Virus record (IMG/VR): IMGVR_UViG_3300044712_001292
Location: 1 to 64,000 of that record
Reading direction: 5' to 3' (one strand)
DNA from: a virus
Length of the DNA: 64,000 nucleotides
In this document: positions 62,398 through 64,000 of the stretch, one piece after another
How the letters are laid out: each line of letters starts with the position of its first letter
How positions within the stretch are numbered: the stretch's first letter is position 1
Made by a program: the position numbers and the translations under genes
The notes under the pieces: generated by a model
Told to the model about the DNA's origin: nothing
The model's input: only the letters and a program-made list of their open reading frames with translations
Databases searched by the model: none

Positions 62398-63680
62398 CTG
62401 AACTTATGTCCGACCAGCGTCACGAGCAGCTCGTGAAGGCGGCTGAAGACTGCATCGATCTGATGAACCTGGGTGCCCACCCAGATGCTGCGCTTCGTCA
62501 TGTGAAGCGTGCCTTCGACATGAACGACAACGAAGTTGTGCTTGTCAGCCACGCTGTGAACAACTCGAAGCAGCTCGCCCACCTCCAGACGGCGAGCGAC
62601 AAGACGACCCCGTGCGTGCTGACGAACGCCGACGCCGTCACCGGCGCGAATTCTAAGGCCGACATGGATACGCCGGGGGATCAGGCGGAAGCGAAGGCCG
62701 AGCAGCCCGACGCCGTCGAGATCAAGGACAAGGTGAAGAAGGAAGCCGCAGCTCCGTCCTATACGGAAGAGGCGTCGTATCGCAAGGTGGCTTTCGACGC
62801 TCAGGAGGCCATCGCTACCCTACGGAGCAGCTGGGGCACCCCGTCCGCAGACATGCCAGTGACGGATCTCAGCAACCCCTACGACGGTATCACGCAGGTG
62901 AAGATCGCTGCAGAACAGGCTCGGACCACGGCCTCGCGTCTGCGCGATGCGTCTTGCTCCTGCCTCGACAAGGTGGCGGAGGCTCTCGTTACCTCTGGAG
63001 CTCCCGCGTTCGCCGAGTTCGAGAAGGTGGCTCTTGCTGCCGGAGTGACTCCGGAGCTGATCGACATCATCTACGAGATGGGCCCGGCACATCTCGAGCT
63101 GCCGCGTCTGCAGGAAAAGGTCGCTTCGGAAGGTCGCCTGTACGTGTCGCCTGCGATGGGCGAGCTGCTAAAGAAGGCGGAGTCCGCCGATGCCCTGTGG
63201 CAGGAATCGGCTGACTACGAGGCCGCACGGCAGCATCTGCAGCAGCAGATCGATGAGTTCGAGCGCAAGACGGCTGCAGATGTAACCCAGGCGCTGCAGG
63301 ACCTCGAGAAGGCCCCACAGGTAGCCGAGTCCCTCCTGCCGCTAGACCCGGAAAAGGTGACTGCCCTCGGCCCTGCGAAGGCGGCTCCGGTCGACAACGT
63401 CGAGAACCTGATCGACTACAAGACCAAACAGCAGCTGCAGAACACGCGTGCTCGGTCGCAGATCGAGTCGCTAATGCAGGACGATTTCGTCGGCAAGCAC
63501 GAGATTCCTGAAGTCGTCGAGTCGTACAATCGTGCCATGTCGGTAAATCCGAAATTCGGCGACGCTGAGGTGATGGCGTTCGTCCGCCAAGACCTGGCGA
63601 GCAAGAACGCCATTCCGCTGGATCTGATGATTCGCGCCTCGAACGCTCATCAGAAGACCCATGCCGGTGGTGACGCATGA
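62394..63680 (+). CDS. acidic helical protein rich in K-x-A motifs (possible scaffold/head protein)
   Basis: 428 aa; KAAE, KEAA, KVAF, KVAE, KVAL, KVAS, KTAA. Confidence 0.65.
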   Translation: MTELMSDQRHEQLVKAAEDCIDLMNLGAHPDAALRHVKRAFDMNDNEVVLVSHAVNNSKQLAHLQTASDKTTPCVLTNADAVTGANSKADMDTPGDQAEAKAEQPDAVEIKDKVKKEAAAPSYTEEASYRKVAFDAQEAIATLRSSWGTPSADMPVTDLSNPYDGITQVKIAAEQARTTASRLRDASCSCLDKVAEALVTSGAPAFAEFEKVALAAGVTPELIDIIYEMGPAHLELPRLQEKVASEGRLYVSPAMGELLKKAESADALWQESADYEAARQHLQQQIDEFERKTAADVTQALQDLEKAPQVAESLLPLDPEKVTALGPAKAAPVDNVENLIDYKTKQQLQNTRARSQIESLMQDDFVGKHEIPEVVESYNRAMSVNPKFGDAEVMAFVRQDLASKNAIPLDLMIRASNAHQKTHAGGDA

Positions 63681-64000
63681 ACACGGCCGACCTCGCTCAT
63701 GGGCTCGTCAAGCACGCCGAAGAGGCTGGGGTGCTTGACGATAGTGAGGACCTCGACGCCGACCCGAGCTCTGCCGATCGTCGGCAGAAGCTGCGCATGG
63801 CCCTGTACGGAGTCGGTCTTCTGGGAGCTGGTGGTCTCGCTGCATGGGGCCTGTCTGGCGACTTGGGCAAGCGTCTCGGGTCGATGTTCGAAAGCGGCAA
63901 GCGTTCGCTGTTCGGAACGAGTTCCACCAGCGAAACGATGATGAACCCGCTGACGCACGGCCTCGCCGCTGGTGCAGCTGCAGCGGTTACGCGTAATGCT
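63677..64000 (+). CDS. glycine-zipper membrane protein, truncated by window end
   Basis: ATGA overlap; MNTADLAHGLVKHAEE...RRQKLRMALYGVGLLGAGGLAAWGL; open to end. Confidence 0.7.
   Translation, partial: MNTADLAHGLVKHAEEAGVLDDSEDLDADPSSADRRQKLRMALYGVGLLGAGGLAAWGLSGDLGKRLGSMFESGKRSLFGTSSTSETMMNPLTHGLAAGAAAAVTRNA

Noticed and set aside
1-64000. Genome-wide amber (TAG) recoding suggested by the CTA-loop tRNA-like element
   Set aside because: Long ORFs are intact in code 11 and several genes end at TAG (4890, 24000, 25263, 42162, 45377, 53880, 58309) with the next gene following normally.

Overview
GC-rich fragment of a large tailed-phage (jumbo-like) genome, almost entirely + strand. 1.5-24 kb: virion/tail module with three large Thr/Gly/Ala-rich fibre-like proteins, small chaperone-like ORFs, holin-like proteins and a permuted papain-like amidase. 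24-33 kb: metallophosphoesterase, NUDIX-containing multidomain protein, spermidine-synthase-like methyltransferase, an atypical tRNA-like element and a Pth2-like peptidyl-tRNA hydrolase. 33.3-38.7 kb: about 41 tRNA genes (called by eye) in two sub-arrays separated by an HNH gene. 39.6-64 kb: head module with a portal-like protein, many glycine-zipper membrane proteins carrying a recurrent K-x-A motif, and a two-gene multisubunit RNA polymerase (beta fused to the N-half of beta-prime with a mini-intein, plus the beta-prime C-half). Main finding: each tRNA sub-array is preceded by a short leader ORF, an antiterminator overlapping its last codons and an intrinsic terminator, and the leader codons match the downstream tRNAs. 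Leader 2 has 12 consecutive Leu/Ser/Tyr codons before 9 Leu/Ser/Tyr tRNAs. Leader 1 contains all 17 other amino acids before 32 tRNAs for exactly those 17. This suggests ribosome-stalling attenuators that turn on phage tRNA synthesis when host tRNAs are depleted or cleaved. No database searches were run; product calls rest on motif recognition.
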